Under the pieces are notes generated by a model, which did not search any database, was not told where the DNA came from, and saw only the letters and a list, made by a program, of their open reading frames with translations. The translations under genes and the position numbers were made by a program. This document shows positions 41,961-52,494 of a DNA stretch of 64,000 nucleotides, in pieces; position 1 is the first letter of the stretch; each line of letters begins with the position of its first letter. Source of the DNA: Flavobacterium sp. (lineage in GTDB: Bacteria; Bacteroidota; Bacteroidia; Flavobacteriales; Flavobacteriaceae); assembly GCA_017984495.1 (NCBI GenBank), contig JAGNZI010000001.1, forward strand, positions 11,926 through 75,925, written 5' to 3'.

Positions 41961-42013
41961 GATGTATGGTGTCAAAAAAGGATTTAAATATTTTAAGGGT
42001 ACAATGATTTTAA

Positions 42014-42559
42014 TTAAAAATACAACCTTACAAAAGGCATAAACGCTTCGGTGTAAACATTTTCTCGGTCTTTATGAAGCACATTGTAACGAAGTCCCAT
42101 GGTTACATTTTCGTTGCGATAACCGATACCTACAAACAAGGCGGTATTCCAAAAACCGGCACTATTATTTCCTAAGGCACCCGTAAAGGTTCGATTGACA
42201 CGCAACTGCTCTAACTCGGTTGAAATTTGGAGGTCTTCCATGGGGTTAAACAAGGCAATTAAACTACCGCCATACATATTGGCGCTGTAGAGATTGCGTT
42301 GTTTTACATAGTTATATTGCAGTCCTAAACCGGCTGATACAAATGCGTTAAAATTATAAATCGCACTAGGAGCAACCATGATATCAGCATATCCATTTCC
42401 GGCACTTAGACCCAATCCGCCTCCAAATTGTACACGGGTAAAAAAATCACTTTTTGTCTTAAGAACTGGAATTTCTTGTGCATAAATTTCACGTTTCAAA
42501 CCAAATAAAAACACAATAGTTAATAAAACTGTTAAATTTATTGCAGAATTCTTTTTCAT
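42014..42559 (-). CDS. hypothetical small outer-membrane beta-barrel protein
   Basis: Signal peptide, amphipathic beta strands, C-terminal F. Confidence 0.6.
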   Translation of the reverse strand: MKKNSAINLTVLLTIVFLFGLKREIYAQEIPVLKTKSDFFTRVQFGGGLGLSAGNGYADIMVAPSAIYNFNAFVSAGLGLQYNYVKQRNLYSANMYGGSLIALFNPMEDLQISTELEQLRVNRTFTGALGNNSAGFWNTALFVGIGYRNENVTMGLRYNVLHKDRENVYTEAFMPFVRLYF

Positions 42560-42675
42560 AATTCGGTTTTCGAAAAATTATTGGCATAAAAGTATAAAAA
42601 TCCTTGAAAGATTATCATAAAATGTTTTACTTTTGCGTAAAATTTTTAATTAAAAGGTCTTTCAGACAACACGAT

Positions 42676-45447
42676 ATGGATAGGTTTTCCTTTTTAAACG
42701 CTGCACACACGGCTTTTTTTGCCGATTTATATGAACAATATCTACAAAATCCAGATAGCGTAGAGCCCAGCTGGAGAAGTTTTTTTCAAGGTTTTGATTT
42801 TGCGCAAGCCCATTATGGATCGGAAGAAGTAGCACAACAAGTAGCTTTTGCCGCTTCGGGTGATTCGGGAGAAATTTCTGAAAAAATGCAAAAAGAGTTC
42901 AATGTCCTCAAATTAATTGAAGGCTATAGAACACGAGGCCATTTATTTACCAAAACAAATCCTGTAAGAGACCGAAGAGTTCACGGACCATCATTAGCTT
43001 TAGAAAATTTCGGATTATCACAAGCCGATTTACCTACTGTTTTTGATGCTGCAAAAATGGTCAATATGAAGCCGGCTTCTTTGTCGGATATCATCAAGCA
43101 TTTAGAAAATGTATATTGTCAGTCGATAGGGGTTGAGTACATGTACATTCGTGAGCCGCACAAATTGGAATGGATCAAAAATCGCTTAGACATTAATGAT
43201 AATTTACCCAATTTTTCAGCTGACAAGAAAAAGCACATACTAAAAAAATTAAACGAAGCGGTTTCATTTGAAAACTTCTTACATACCAAATATGTGGGTC
43301 AAAAACGTTTTTCGTTAGAAGGTTGTGAAGCTGTAATCCCTGCATTAGATGCTTTAGTAGAAGCCGCAGCGGATAAAGGTGTGGAGCAATTTGTAATGGG
43401 AATGGCACACAGAGGTCGTTTGAATGTATTGGCCAATATTTTTGGAAAGAACACCCAAAACATTTTCTCTGAGTTTGATGGAAAAGACTATGACGAAGAC
43501 GCAAACTTTGATGGGGATGTAAAATACCATTTAGGTTTAACCTCAGATCGTGTGACCGATTCGGGTAAAAAGATCAATTTAAATTTAGCGCCAAATCCTT
43601 CGCACTTAGAAACCGTAGGTGCCGTTATTGAAGGAATTACAAGAGCCAAACAAGATAGAAATTATCCCAATGATTTTTCAAAAGTATTGCCAATTGCCGT
43701 TCACGGGGATGCCGCAGTTGCCGGTCAAGGTATCGTATATGAGATCATTCAAATGGCCAAATTAGACGGATACAAAACCGGAGGAACCATACATTTGGTG
43801 ATCAACAACCAAGTTGGGTTTACTACGAATTATTTAGATGCGCGTTCGTCTACCTATTGTACCGATGTGGCAAAAGTAACCTTGTCTCCTGTGTTGCATG
43901 TCAATGCAGACGATGCAGAAGCCGTTGTTCACGCAATGTTATTTGCATTAGATTACCGCATGGAGTTTGGAACAGATGTATTTATCGATTTGTTAGGGTA
44001 CAGAAAATATGGACACAATGAAGGTGATGAACCTCGATTTACGCAGCCAATTTTATACAAAGCCATAGCAAAACATAAAAACCCGAGAGACATTTATGCC
44101 GAGAAATTAACACAAGAAAATGTAATTTCTACGAGCTATGTTAAAGAATTGGAAGAGGCCTATAAAGCCAAACTAGACGAAAATTTAGAAGCGTCTCGTA
44201 AGAAAGACTTGACCGTAATTACGCCTTTCATGGAAAATGAATGGGAAGGTTACAAGCAAGTTTCGGATGATGTAATGCTTCAAAAATTTGATACTTCGTT
44301 TGATAAAAAACAATTGACCGAAATTGCTAAAACCATCACCGAACTTCCAAGTGATAAAAAATTCATTAATAAGATTACCAAGTTAATTGGCGATCGAAAA
44401 AATATGGTGGAAACCAATACACTTGATTGGGCCATGGGCGAATTACTAGCCTACGGATCCTTATTAAAAGAAGGTTTTGATGTGCGTATTTCTGGACAAG
44501 ATGTGGAACGCGGAACTTTTTCACACCGTCATGCGGTAGTAAAAGTTGAAGATTCGGAAGAAGAAGTCATCTTATTAGATCAAATTAAAGACAAAAAAGG
44601 AAACTTTTATATCTACAACTCGCACCTTTCAGAATATGGGGTATTAGGATTTGAATATGGTTATGCATTGGCCTCACCAAAAACCTTGGTGATTTGGGAA
44701 GCCCAATTTGGTGATTTCTCTAACGGGGCCCAAATTATGATTGACCAATATATCTCAGCAGGTGAAGACAAGTGGAACAACCAAAACGGTTTGGTGATGT
44801 TATTGCCTCATGGCTATGAAAACCAAGGAGCAGAGCATTCATCCGCTCGTATGGAGCGTTATTTACAATTGTGTGCGAAACATAATATGTATATCGCCGA
44901 TGTTACTACGCCTGCCAACTTTTTCCACTTGATGAGAAGACAGTTGAAAACAGAATTCCGTAAGCCTTTGGTTGTATTTTCTCCAAAAAGTTTATTACGT
45001 CATCCCGATGTAGTATCTTCGGTGGACGATTTAGCTAACGGACATTTCCAAGAAGTGATAGATGATCCAAAAGTTGCCGATAAAAAAGCGATTAAAACAT
45101 TAGTATTCTGTACAGGAAAAGTCTACTATGACATTATAGCTCAAAGAGAAGAATTAGCCAGAAAAGATGTGGCGGTAGTTCGTTTGGAGCAATTATTTCC
45201 ATTAGCAGTGGATCAAATTAAAGCTATTATTGCTAGTTATCCTAATGTTGATGATTATGTATGGGCACAAGAAGAGCCTAAAAACATGGGAGCTTACAGC
45301 CACATGTTACTAAATTTTGATCTTGTAAAATTAAGATTGGCTTCGCCAAAAGCATACAGTGCACCGGCAGCAGGAAGTTATGAACGTTCTAAAAAACGTC
45401 AAAAGAACGCCATTGCAATGGTATTTGATAAAACATTATTTCAATAA
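42676..45447 (+). CDS. sucA: 2-oxoglutarate dehydrogenase E1
   Basis: KRFSLEG, GMAHRGRLN, GDVKYH, HGDAA, WEAQFGDF, EHSSAR; ATG at 42676 downstream of TACTTTTG at 42628-42635. Confidence 0.97.
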   Translation: MDRFSFLNAAHTAFFADLYEQYLQNPDSVEPSWRSFFQGFDFAQAHYGSEEVAQQVAFAASGDSGEISEKMQKEFNVLKLIEGYRTRGHLFTKTNPVRDRRVHGPSLALENFGLSQADLPTVFDAAKMVNMKPASLSDIIKHLENVYCQSIGVEYMYIREPHKLEWIKNRLDINDNLPNFSADKKKHILKKLNEAVSFENFLHTKYVGQKRFSLEGCEAVIPALDALVEAAADKGVEQFVMGMAHRGRLNVLANIFGKNTQNIFSEFDGKDYDEDANFDGDVKYHLGLTSDRVTDSGKKINLNLAPNPSHLETVGAVIEGITRAKQDRNYPNDFSKVLPIAVHGDAAVAGQGIVYEIIQMAKLDGYKTGGTIHLVINNQVGFTTNYLDARSSTYCTDVAKVTLSPVLHVNADDAEAVVHAMLFALDYRMEFGTDVFIDLLGYRKYGHNEGDEPRFTQPILYKAIAKHKNPRDIYAEKLTQENVISTSYVKELEEAYKAKLDENLEASRKKDLTVITPFMENEWEGYKQVSDDVMLQKFDTSFDKKQLTEIAKTITELPSDKKFINKITKLIGDRKNMVETNTLDWAMGELLAYGSLLKEGFDVRISGQDVERGTFSHRHAVVKVEDSEEEVILLDQIKDKKGNFYIYNSHLSEYGVLGFEYGYALASPKTLVIWEAQFGDFSNGAQIMIDQYISAGEDKWNNQNGLVMLLPHGYENQGAEHSSARMERYLQLCAKHNMYIADVTTPANFFHLMRRQLKTEFRKPLVVFSPKSLLRHPDVVSSVDDLANGHFQEVIDDPKVADKKAIKTLVFCTGKVYYDIIAQREELARKDVAVVRLEQLFPLAVDQIKAIIASYPNVDDYVWAQEEPKNMGAYSHMLLNFDLVKLRLASPKAYSAPAAGSYERSKKRQKNAIAMVFDKTLFQ

Positions 45448-45519
45448 CAACAACTCAATTAGCCCCCTTGTTCAAATTATCGAACGATCAAAGGGTAAAC
45501 TTTTTAAAATAAAAAGAAT

Positions 45520-46734
45520 ATGATTTTAGAAATGAAAGTCCCATCTCCAGGGGAATCAATTAAAGAAGTAGAAATTGCTACATGGTTAGTAAAAGACGGA
45601 GATTATGTTGAAAAAGACCAAGCAATTGCTGAGGTTGACTCCGATAAAGCAACTCTAGAATTGCCTGCTGAAGCCAGCGGAATAATTACATTAAAAGCAG
45701 AAGAAGGCGATGCAGTAGCAGTAGGCGCTGTAGTTTGTTTAATCGATACAGCTGCAGCTAAACCAGACGGTGGAGCTCCAGCAAAAGAAGAAGCAAAAGT
45801 GGTTGAAGCTCCAAAAGCAACAGCTCCAGCAGCGACTCCAGCTCCAGCAACAACATATGCAACGCAAGCACCTTCGCCTGCAGCAAAAAAAATATTAGAA
45901 GAAAAAAACATCCAACCTTCAGAAATAGTTGGTACAGGTAAAGGCGGTAGAATCACTAAAGATGATGCTGTAAACGCAGTACCATCTATGGGAACACCAA
46001 CAGGTGGTAACCGTGGTTCAGAGCGTACAAAACTTTCTATGTTGCGTAGAAAAGTGGCAGAACGTTTGGTGGCGGCTAAAAATGAAACAGCGATGTTAAC
46101 TACTTTCAATGAAGTAGATATGACAGCTATTTACGCTTTGCGTGATCAATACAAAGAAGAATTTAAAGCAAAACACGGATTGGGATTGGGCTTTATGTCG
46201 TTCTTCACAAAAGCCGTTACACGTGCGTTACAATTGTATCCCGATGTGAATTCAATGATCGATGGTCAAGAAAAAATTTCATTTGATTTTTGTGATATTT
46301 CGGTTGCCGTTTCAGGTCCAAAAGGATTGATGGTTCCTGTAATGAGAAATGCTGAAACTTTATCGTTCAGAGGAGTGGAAGCAGAAATCAAACGCTTAGC
46401 AATCAGAGCGCGTGACGGACAAATCACAGTAGATGAAATGACGGGTGGAACATTCACCATTTCAAATGGGGGTGTTTTTGGAAGTATGTTATCTACACCT
46501 ATCATCAATCCGCCTCAATCGGGTATTTTAGGTATGCACAATGTAGTAGAACGTGCGATCGTTAAAAACGGTCAAATTGTGATTGCTCCTGTAATGTATG
46601 TTGCCTTATCCTATGACCACAGAATTATCGATGGTCGTGAGTCTGTAGGGTTCTTAGTTGCCGTTAAAGAAGCATTAGAAAACCCAGCAGAAATTTTAAT
46701 GGGTGGTAATGTGAAAAAAGCGTTAGAATTATAA
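45520..46734 (+). CDS. sucB: dihydrolipoamide succinyltransferase E2
   Basis: Lipoyl SDKA, GTGKGGRITK, DHRIIDG. Confidence 0.97.
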   Translation: MILEMKVPSPGESIKEVEIATWLVKDGDYVEKDQAIAEVDSDKATLELPAEASGIITLKAEEGDAVAVGAVVCLIDTAAAKPDGGAPAKEEAKVVEAPKATAPAATPAPATTYATQAPSPAAKKILEEKNIQPSEIVGTGKGGRITKDDAVNAVPSMGTPTGGNRGSERTKLSMLRRKVAERLVAAKNETAMLTTFNEVDMTAIYALRDQYKEEFKAKHGLGLGFMSFFTKAVTRALQLYPDVNSMIDGQEKISFDFCDISVAVSGPKGLMVPVMRNAETLSFRGVEAEIKRLAIRARDGQITVDEMTGGTFTISNGGVFGSMLSTPIINPPQSGILGMHNVVERAIVKNGQIVIAPVMYVALSYDHRIIDGRESVGFLVAVKEALENPAEILMGGNVKKALEL

Positions 46735-46785
46735 TACATTAACGATCCTACAAGGTTTCCAAAATCTGTAGGTTTGTTTGAATAT

Positions 46786-46819
46786 AAAATCCCAAATTCC
46801 AAATGAGTTTGGGATTTTT
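46786..46819 (+). terminator. terminator after sucB
   Basis: AAAATCCCAAATTC-CAAAT-GAGTTTGGGATTTTT. Confidence 0.7.
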
Positions 46820-46846
46820 CCTTTCTTTGTACTTCAATTAGCAGTC

Positions 46847-48067
46847 ATGAAAAAATCAAAAAAACAAGCAGCGGTAGGTTTTATCTTTATTACAGTACTT
46901 TTAGATGTCATTGGATGGGGTATAATTATTCCGGTGGTTCCAAATTTGATTAAAGAACTCATCAATGGGGATATTAGTGAAGCGGCAAAATATGGTGGGT
47001 GGTTAACATTTTCGTATGCCATTACGCAATTTATTTTTGCGCCTGTTGTAGGTAATTTAAGCGACAAATTCGGTAGAAGACCCGTTTTGCTTATTTCTTT
47101 ATTTGGTTTTTCATTGGATTTTTTATTGTTGGCCTATGCACCCACTATCGTTTGGTTGTTCATCGGAAGAATCCTTTCCGGTATAACCGGTGCAAGTTTT
47201 ACTACAGCTTCTGCCTATATAGCCGATGTGAGTACCCATGAAAATCGTGCTAAAAATTTTGGATTAATGGGAGCGGCATTCGGACTCGGATTTATAATCG
47301 GACCTGTTGTTGGAGGATTGCTAGGGCAATTTGGAACTAGAATTCCATTTATAGCGGCAGCAATTTTATGCATGCTCAACTTTTTGTACGGCTATTTTAT
47401 ACTGCCAGAATCGTTAGATAAAGAGAAAAGAAGACCCTTTGAATTGAAACGAGCGAATCCAATTGGCGCCTTTCTGCATTTAAAAAAATATCCCAACTTG
47501 ATCGGATTAATTGTGGCTATTTTTATTCTCTACGTGGGATCACATGCGGTGCAAAGCAATTGGAATTATTTTACCATGTACCAATTCAATTGGGATGAAA
47601 AAATGGTTGGAATTTCATTAGGGATAATTGGATTGTTAGTAGGAATCGTTCAAGGTGGACTGATACGATGGATAAATCCAAAAATCGGAAATGTAAAAAG
47701 TATTTATTTTGGATTGGGGTTATATACTATTGGCATGTTTTTATTTGCTTTTGCAACCGAAAGTTGGATGATGTTTGTTTTCTTAATTCCGTATTGTTTA
47801 GGAGGAATTGCGGGCCCCGCTTTACAAGCTGTTGTTTCAGAGCAAGTTGATCCATCAGAACAAGGGGAGATCCAAGGGACATTGACCAGTTTAATGAGTG
47901 CTTCCGCGATTGTGGGACCTCCTATGATGGCCTCTGTTTTTTACTTTTTCACCCATAATGAAGCACCATTTATTTTCCCAGGTGCCCCGTTTGTATTGGG
48001 AGGGATTCTCATGTTACTGAGTACAATTCTTGCCTTCAGAACATTAAAGAAAAATCATAAAAATTGA
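46847..48067 (+). CDS. TCR/TetA-like MFS (DHA1) transporter
   Basis: [14 protein letters not shown] (motif A), [20 protein letters not shown]. Confidence 0.9.
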   Translation: MKKSKKQAAVGFIFITVLLDVIGWGIIIPVVPNLIKELINGDISEAAKYGGWLTFSYAITQFIFAPVVGNLSDKFGRRPVLLISLFGFSLDFLLLAYAPTIVWLFIGRILSGITGASFTTASAYIADVSTHENRAKNFGLMGAAFGLGFIIGPVVGGLLGQFGTRIPFIAAAILCMLNFLYGYFILPESLDKEKRRPFELKRANPIGAFLHLKKYPNLIGLIVAIFILYVGSHAVQSNWNYFTMYQFNWDEKMVGISLGIIGLLVGIVQGGLIRWINPKIGNVKSIYFGLGLYTIGMFLFAFATESWMMFVFLIPYCLGGIAGPALQAVVSEQVDPSEQGEIQGTLTSLMSASAIVGPPMMASVFYFFTHNEAPFIFPGAPFVLGGILMLLSTILAFRTLKKNHKN

Positions 48068-48068
48068 T

Positions 48069-48503
48069 TTATTGTAGGTATAAATAGTGATTGCAATAAT
48101 CGATAATCGCTTTCCCTTTGAGCAATACATCGGCACCAATAATTCCATCTACTGCTTTCGTTTTGTATTGGATTAAGGCTTCATTTACATGACTCATATC
48201 GAAAACAATGAGGTGAAATTTATTTTTCCACCGGCCCAATTGAACATCGTTATTTTTGGCCAATTGTGTTTCCATCCCCACTGCACCAGCACCTGCGGCT
48301 TTGGTTTCCGAAAATTGTGCGTTTAACAAGAAGCGCGCAACACTTTCAAAACCTACACAACTGTTGCTGGCTCCAGTATCTAGAATAAAGTTCCCTTTTA
48401 CGCCATTTATTTTACCTTGTATGAGTAAATGTTGCGTTATTAAAACCGTAAACTTTATTTTTTTATAGTGTTTTTCCTTTAAAAAATCTTGCAAATCTTC
48501 CAT
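48069..48503 (-). CDS. retropepsin-like aspartic protease
   Basis: FILDTGAS, DGIIGAD. Confidence 0.85.
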   Translation of the reverse strand: MEDLQDFLKEKHYKKIKFTVLITQHLLIQGKINGVKGNFILDTGASNSCVGFESVARFLLNAQFSETKAAGAGAVGMETQLAKNNDVQLGRWKNKFHLIVFDMSHVNEALIQYKTKAVDGIIGADVLLKGKAIIDYCNHYLYLQ

Positions 48504-48670
48504 AGGTCAAAAATATAAAATTGCTTCAATACTTATTCGGTAAATCATTTATTTGTTTCAGGTTTCGTCGGAATATTCTAATATCAATTCTTACTACTTC
48601 AATCATAATACTTTTATTAACTTTGCACTACAAACAACATGCATCACAACATAAACTTGACACTTTGGAC

Positions 48671-49444
48671 TTGACACTAATTTTAACCGATACCCACACC
48701 CATTTGTATTCAGAAGAGTTTGATGAGGATCGAGATGAAATGGTGCAACGCGCCATACAAGCTGGAGTTTCTAGAATGTTTGTGCCCTCAATCGATTCTA
48801 CGTATACCCAAAAAATGTATGCATTAGAAAAACAATATCCCGAAAATGTTTTTCTCATGATGGGGTTACATCCTACGTATGTAAAGGAGAATTATTTGGA
48901 AGAGCTAGCCCATGTGGAACGCCAGCTAGCCTCAAATAAATTTTATGCTGTTGGCGAAATTGGGATGGATTTATTTTGGGACAAAACTTTCTTAAAAGAG
49001 CAGCAACATGCTTTTCAATATCAAATTCAATTAGCAAAAAAGCACAAATTAGGAATCAACATTCATTGCCGCGATGCTTTTGACGAAGTTTTTGAAGTGT
49101 TAGAAAGGGAGAAAGCCACAGATTTATTTGGTATTTTCCATTGCTTTACGGGCGATTTAGATCAAGCCCAAAAAGCGATTTCATTAGGAATGAAATTAGG
49201 AATTGGAGGAGTGGCTACTTTTAAAAATGGCAAAATTGATCAGTTTTTGCATGAAATCGATTTGAAAAATATTGTTCTTGAAACCGATTCGCCCTATTTG
49301 GCTCCAGTACCACATAGGGGAAAACGAAATGAAAGCAGCTATACCCTTTTAGTGGCTCAAAAATTGGCCGAAATTTATGGTCTTTCTGTTGCAGAAATTG
49401 CAGCAATAACTACTGAAAATTCGAAACAAATTTTCGGAATTTAA
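48671..49444 (+). CDS. tatD: TatD family hydrolase (start uncertain: TTG at 48665 or 48671)
   Basis: DTHTH, GLHP, GEIG, HCR, HCF, ETDSPYL; TAACTTTG box at 48618-48625 argues against the longer ORF. Confidence 0.9.
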   Translation: MTLILTDTHTHLYSEEFDEDRDEMVQRAIQAGVSRMFVPSIDSTYTQKMYALEKQYPENVFLMMGLHPTYVKENYLEELAHVERQLASNKFYAVGEIGMDLFWDKTFLKEQQHAFQYQIQLAKKHKLGINIHCRDAFDEVFEVLEREKATDLFGIFHCFTGDLDQAQKAISLGMKLGIGGVATFKNGKIDQFLHEIDLKNIVLETDSPYLAPVPHRGKRNESSYTLLVAQKLAEIYGLSVAEIAAITTENSKQIFGI

Positions 49445-49506
49445 TTCAAAATTAAAGGACAAGTCATAAAATTTTTGTTCATTTGTGAATTGTTTCCAAA
49501 ATTAGC

Positions 49507-50646
49507 ATGACAAAATTCGATTCGATACGTCCGTTTTACGATTCCGAAGTTAATGAAGCTTTAAAATCGCTCTTGCACCATCCAATGATGAAGGCGATGA
49601 TGGATTTTACATTTCCAGAAATTGACGAATCGACTTGGAAGGAACAACTAAGCAGAACCCATTCGATACGGGATTTTCAAATTAATTTTGTGTACCAATC
49701 CATACAACGCGTTTTAGAACGAAGCTCGGAAGGTTTAACGACTTCTGGATTTGAAAAATTAGAGCCCAACACTCCTTATTTGTTCATTTCAAACCACCGC
49801 GATATCATCTTAGATACTTCCTTGTTAAATGTTTCGTTGTTTGATCACGGACTTGTCATGACGGCTTCAGCTATTGGCGATAATTTGGTGCAAAAAGAGT
49901 TCTTGTTGAAATTATCGAAACTCAATCGTAATTTTTTGGTTAAGCGAGGTATATCGCCCCGCGAACTGTTGTTAAGCTCAAAGCTAATGGCCGAATTCAT
50001 GTACCAATTGTTGTCTAAGGAAAACCGTTCGGTGTGGATAGCACAACGGGAAGGACGAACCAAAGACGGTAACGATGCCACCCATCAAGGGGTGTTAAAA
50101 ATGATTGCCATGGCTTCTGATGAGGAAAATTGCATGGATTTTTTCAAGAAATTAAAAATTGTTCCGGTTTCTATTTCATACGAATATGATCCAACCGATG
50201 CTTTAAAAATGCCACAACTTTTAGCGCTTTCAAAAGACGAAGTTTATATTAAAGAGAAAAATGAAGATTTTATCACGTTATTGAGCGGTATTATCGGACA
50301 AAAAAAGCGCATTCACATCCATGTAGGTGATATACTAGAAAACGAATACGATAAAATTAAAGCCGAAAACGACAACAACAACAAGCAAATACAAGCTTTG
50401 GCTCAAGTGATTGATGATTCAATTTTGCAATCCTATAAATTATGGCCTACCAATTTCATTGCTTACGATATTTTGAACAACACGACAACCTTTGCGCATT
50501 TGTATGATGATAAAGAACGACAGTTGTTTGAACGCCGTTTAGAAATGCGAATTGATGCTGAAAATGAAACCATGAAGGCAGGATTTTTAGCCATGTATGC
50601 TAATCCTGTGGTAAACAAACTGAAATACACGCATGACATCGCTTAA
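49507..50646 (+). CDS. glycerolipid acyltransferase (PlsC-like)
   Basis: SNHRDIILD (HX4D), QREGRTKDG. Confidence 0.85.
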   Translation: MTKFDSIRPFYDSEVNEALKSLLHHPMMKAMMDFTFPEIDESTWKEQLSRTHSIRDFQINFVYQSIQRVLERSSEGLTTSGFEKLEPNTPYLFISNHRDIILDTSLLNVSLFDHGLVMTASAIGDNLVQKEFLLKLSKLNRNFLVKRGISPRELLLSSKLMAEFMYQLLSKENRSVWIAQREGRTKDGNDATHQGVLKMIAMASDEENCMDFFKKLKIVPVSISYEYDPTDALKMPQLLALSKDEVYIKEKNEDFITLLSGIIGQKKRIHIHVGDILENEYDKIKAENDNNNKQIQALAQVIDDSILQSYKLWPTNFIAYDILNNTTTFAHLYDDKERQLFERRLEMRIDAENETMKAGFLAMYANPVVNKLKYTHDIA

Positions 50647-51664
50647 AGCAAGAATACTGCTCATTTATACCGGTGGAACTATCGGAATGGTCAAGGATTT
50701 TACGTCAGGTGCCTTGATTGCATTTGATTTTAATGAATTGTTGAGCCGTATCCCTGAAGTACAACTTTTAGATTGCGATATTGAAACCATTTCCTTTGAA
50801 ACACCCATAGATTCCTCCAATATGAAGCTATCGGGTTGGTTGAAAATAGCCACTATTATTCAAGAAAATTATTCAAAATTTGATGGTTTTGTGGTGTTGC
50901 ATGGTTCGGATACTATGTCATATAGTGCGTCGGCCTTGAGTTTTATGTTGGAAAATCTTGCAAAACCGGTAATTTTTACGGGTTCGCAATTGCCCATAGG
51001 GGATTTGCGCACCGATGCCAAAGAAAATTTAATTACGGCCATTCAAGTAGCTGCTCTTCAAGAAAATAACCAACCGGTTATTCAAGAAGTATGTTTGTAT
51101 TTTGAGTATAAATTGTACCGAGGAAACAGAACGACTAAAATTAGCGCCGAACATTTTAATGCGTTTACTTCGCCCAATTTTCCTGAACTTGCCGAGTCGG
51201 GCGTGCATTTACGGATTAATAGCGAAGCATTAAAAACAACTCCAACAGAGCAAGCGTTTTCCGTTAATACGAATTTTGATGACAATGTGGCGATTTTAAA
51301 ATTGTTTCCGGGCATCAATGAAAAAGTATTGACCTCTTTCTTTGCGATTCCAAATCTAAAAGGCATTGTATTGGAAACCTATGGCTCTGGAAATGCACCC
51401 ACTGAAAAATGGTTTGTTGATGCTTTACACCAAGCTATACAGCAAGGCATTCACATCGTAAATGTTACCCAATGCAGCGGCGGTAGTGTCGCCATGGGCA
51501 ATTATGAAACGAGTACGCAATTAAAAAACATTGGCGTCATTTCGGGAAAAGATATTACTACTGAAGCGGCCATTACTAAATTAATGTATCTGCTTGGGCA
51601 AAATGGTCCTCATAATAGTTTTAAATCCCAGTTTGAAACAGCTATTCGAGGCGAAATGCTGTAA
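50633..51664 (+). CDS. ansA: type I (cytoplasmic) L-asparaginase
   Basis: IYTGGTIGM, DSSN, HGSDT, TGSQ, RGNR..K. Confidence 0.9.
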   Translation: MTSLKARILLIYTGGTIGMVKDFTSGALIAFDFNELLSRIPEVQLLDCDIETISFETPIDSSNMKLSGWLKIATIIQENYSKFDGFVVLHGSDTMSYSASALSFMLENLAKPVIFTGSQLPIGDLRTDAKENLITAIQVAALQENNQPVIQEVCLYFEYKLYRGNRTTKISAEHFNAFTSPNFPELAESGVHLRINSEALKTTPTEQAFSVNTNFDDNVAILKLFPGINEKVLTSFFAIPNLKGIVLETYGSGNAPTEKWFVDALHQAIQQGIHIVNVTQCSGGSVAMGNYETSTQLKNIGVISGKDITTEAAITKLMYLLGQNGPHNSFKSQFETAIRGEML

Positions 51665-51720
51665 TAATTGCTTTAAAATTTTCACAGCCGTTTTTTTTTT
51701 ACTTATTTTACATAGAATTT

Positions 51721-51807
51721 AGAGAGGTGTCCGAGTGGTTGAAGGAGCAAGCCTGGAAAGTTTGTATATGGGTAACTGTATCGAGGGTTCGAATCCCTTC
51801 CTCTCTG
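51721..51807 (+). tRNA. tRNA-Ser(GGA); CCA not encoded
   Basis: Acceptor AGAGAGG/CCTCTCT-G, anticodon arm CAAGC-CTGGAAA-GTTTG, long variable arm, GAGGG-TTCGAAT-CCCTT. Confidence 0.95.
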
Positions 51808-51831
51808 CTGATTTTCAATGCATAGCAACAC

Positions 51832-52494
51832 ATGAATAGAATTTGTTACCTATTTCTATTAGTATCGAGCCTTGGTTTTGCACAAACCGAAGGGAATGCA
51901 GTCGATTCTTTATTTAGAGAAGATCAGGTGTATGTTTCGGTGTCCTATAACTTATTGCAAAACAAACCCGAGAATGCCAGTCAATATTCTTTTTCTACAG
52001 GATTTACGGCAGGGTTTTTCAGAGATTTTCCTTTTACTAAAAACAGACACTGGTCAATTGCTCCCGGATTGGGTTACGCTTATACGGATATCAAGCAGAA
52101 CATAAGCCTACAAGCCATTTCCTTGCCCACTATTGCAATCCCAGACGAAGTGAGAAGCAGTATGCAATTGCATTATTTGGAAATGCCCATTGAAATCCGC
52201 TGGCGCAATGCGACTCCTGAAAGTCATAAATTTTGGCGCATCCATACGGGGATAAAAGCGAGTTATTTGTTGAATGGAAAACTCAATTATGAATCGGATA
52301 CCCAAGGAAACAAGTCTGAAAATCTCAAAAGTAGGTTGAATGATTGGCAATATGGGGTATATGTTTCTTTTGGATTCAATAACTGGAATCCCTATATCTA
52401 TTATGGGTTACAGCCAATCTTTGAAAAAAACAAAACAGCTGTTGAAAATAATTCTTCGGCCCTACACATTGGTTTAAAATTCTATATTCTATAG
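51832..52494 (+). CDS. outer membrane beta-barrel (porin family / PorT-like) protein
   Basis: Signal peptide, REDQ, YLEMPIEIRWR, C-terminal GLKFYIL. Confidence 0.75.
   Translation: MNRICYLFLLVSSLGFAQTEGNAVDSLFREDQVYVSVSYNLLQNKPENASQYSFSTGFTAGFFRDFPFTKNRHWSIAPGLGYAYTDIKQNISLQAISLPTIAIPDEVRSSMQLHYLEMPIEIRWRNATPESHKFWRIHTGIKASYLLNGKLNYESDTQGNKSENLKSRLNDWQYGVYVSFGFNNWNPYIYYGLQPIFEKNKTAVENNSSALHIGLKFYIL

Noticed and set aside
46847-48067. TetA-like MFS as an acquired resistance gene
   Set aside because: There is no adjacent tetR or mobile element and it sits among core genes; its substrate cannot be inferred from sequence.
51721-51830. tRNA-Ser as a possible island integration site
   Set aside because: No integrase and no duplicated tRNA 3' end was seen in the window; the flanking genes look like core genes.
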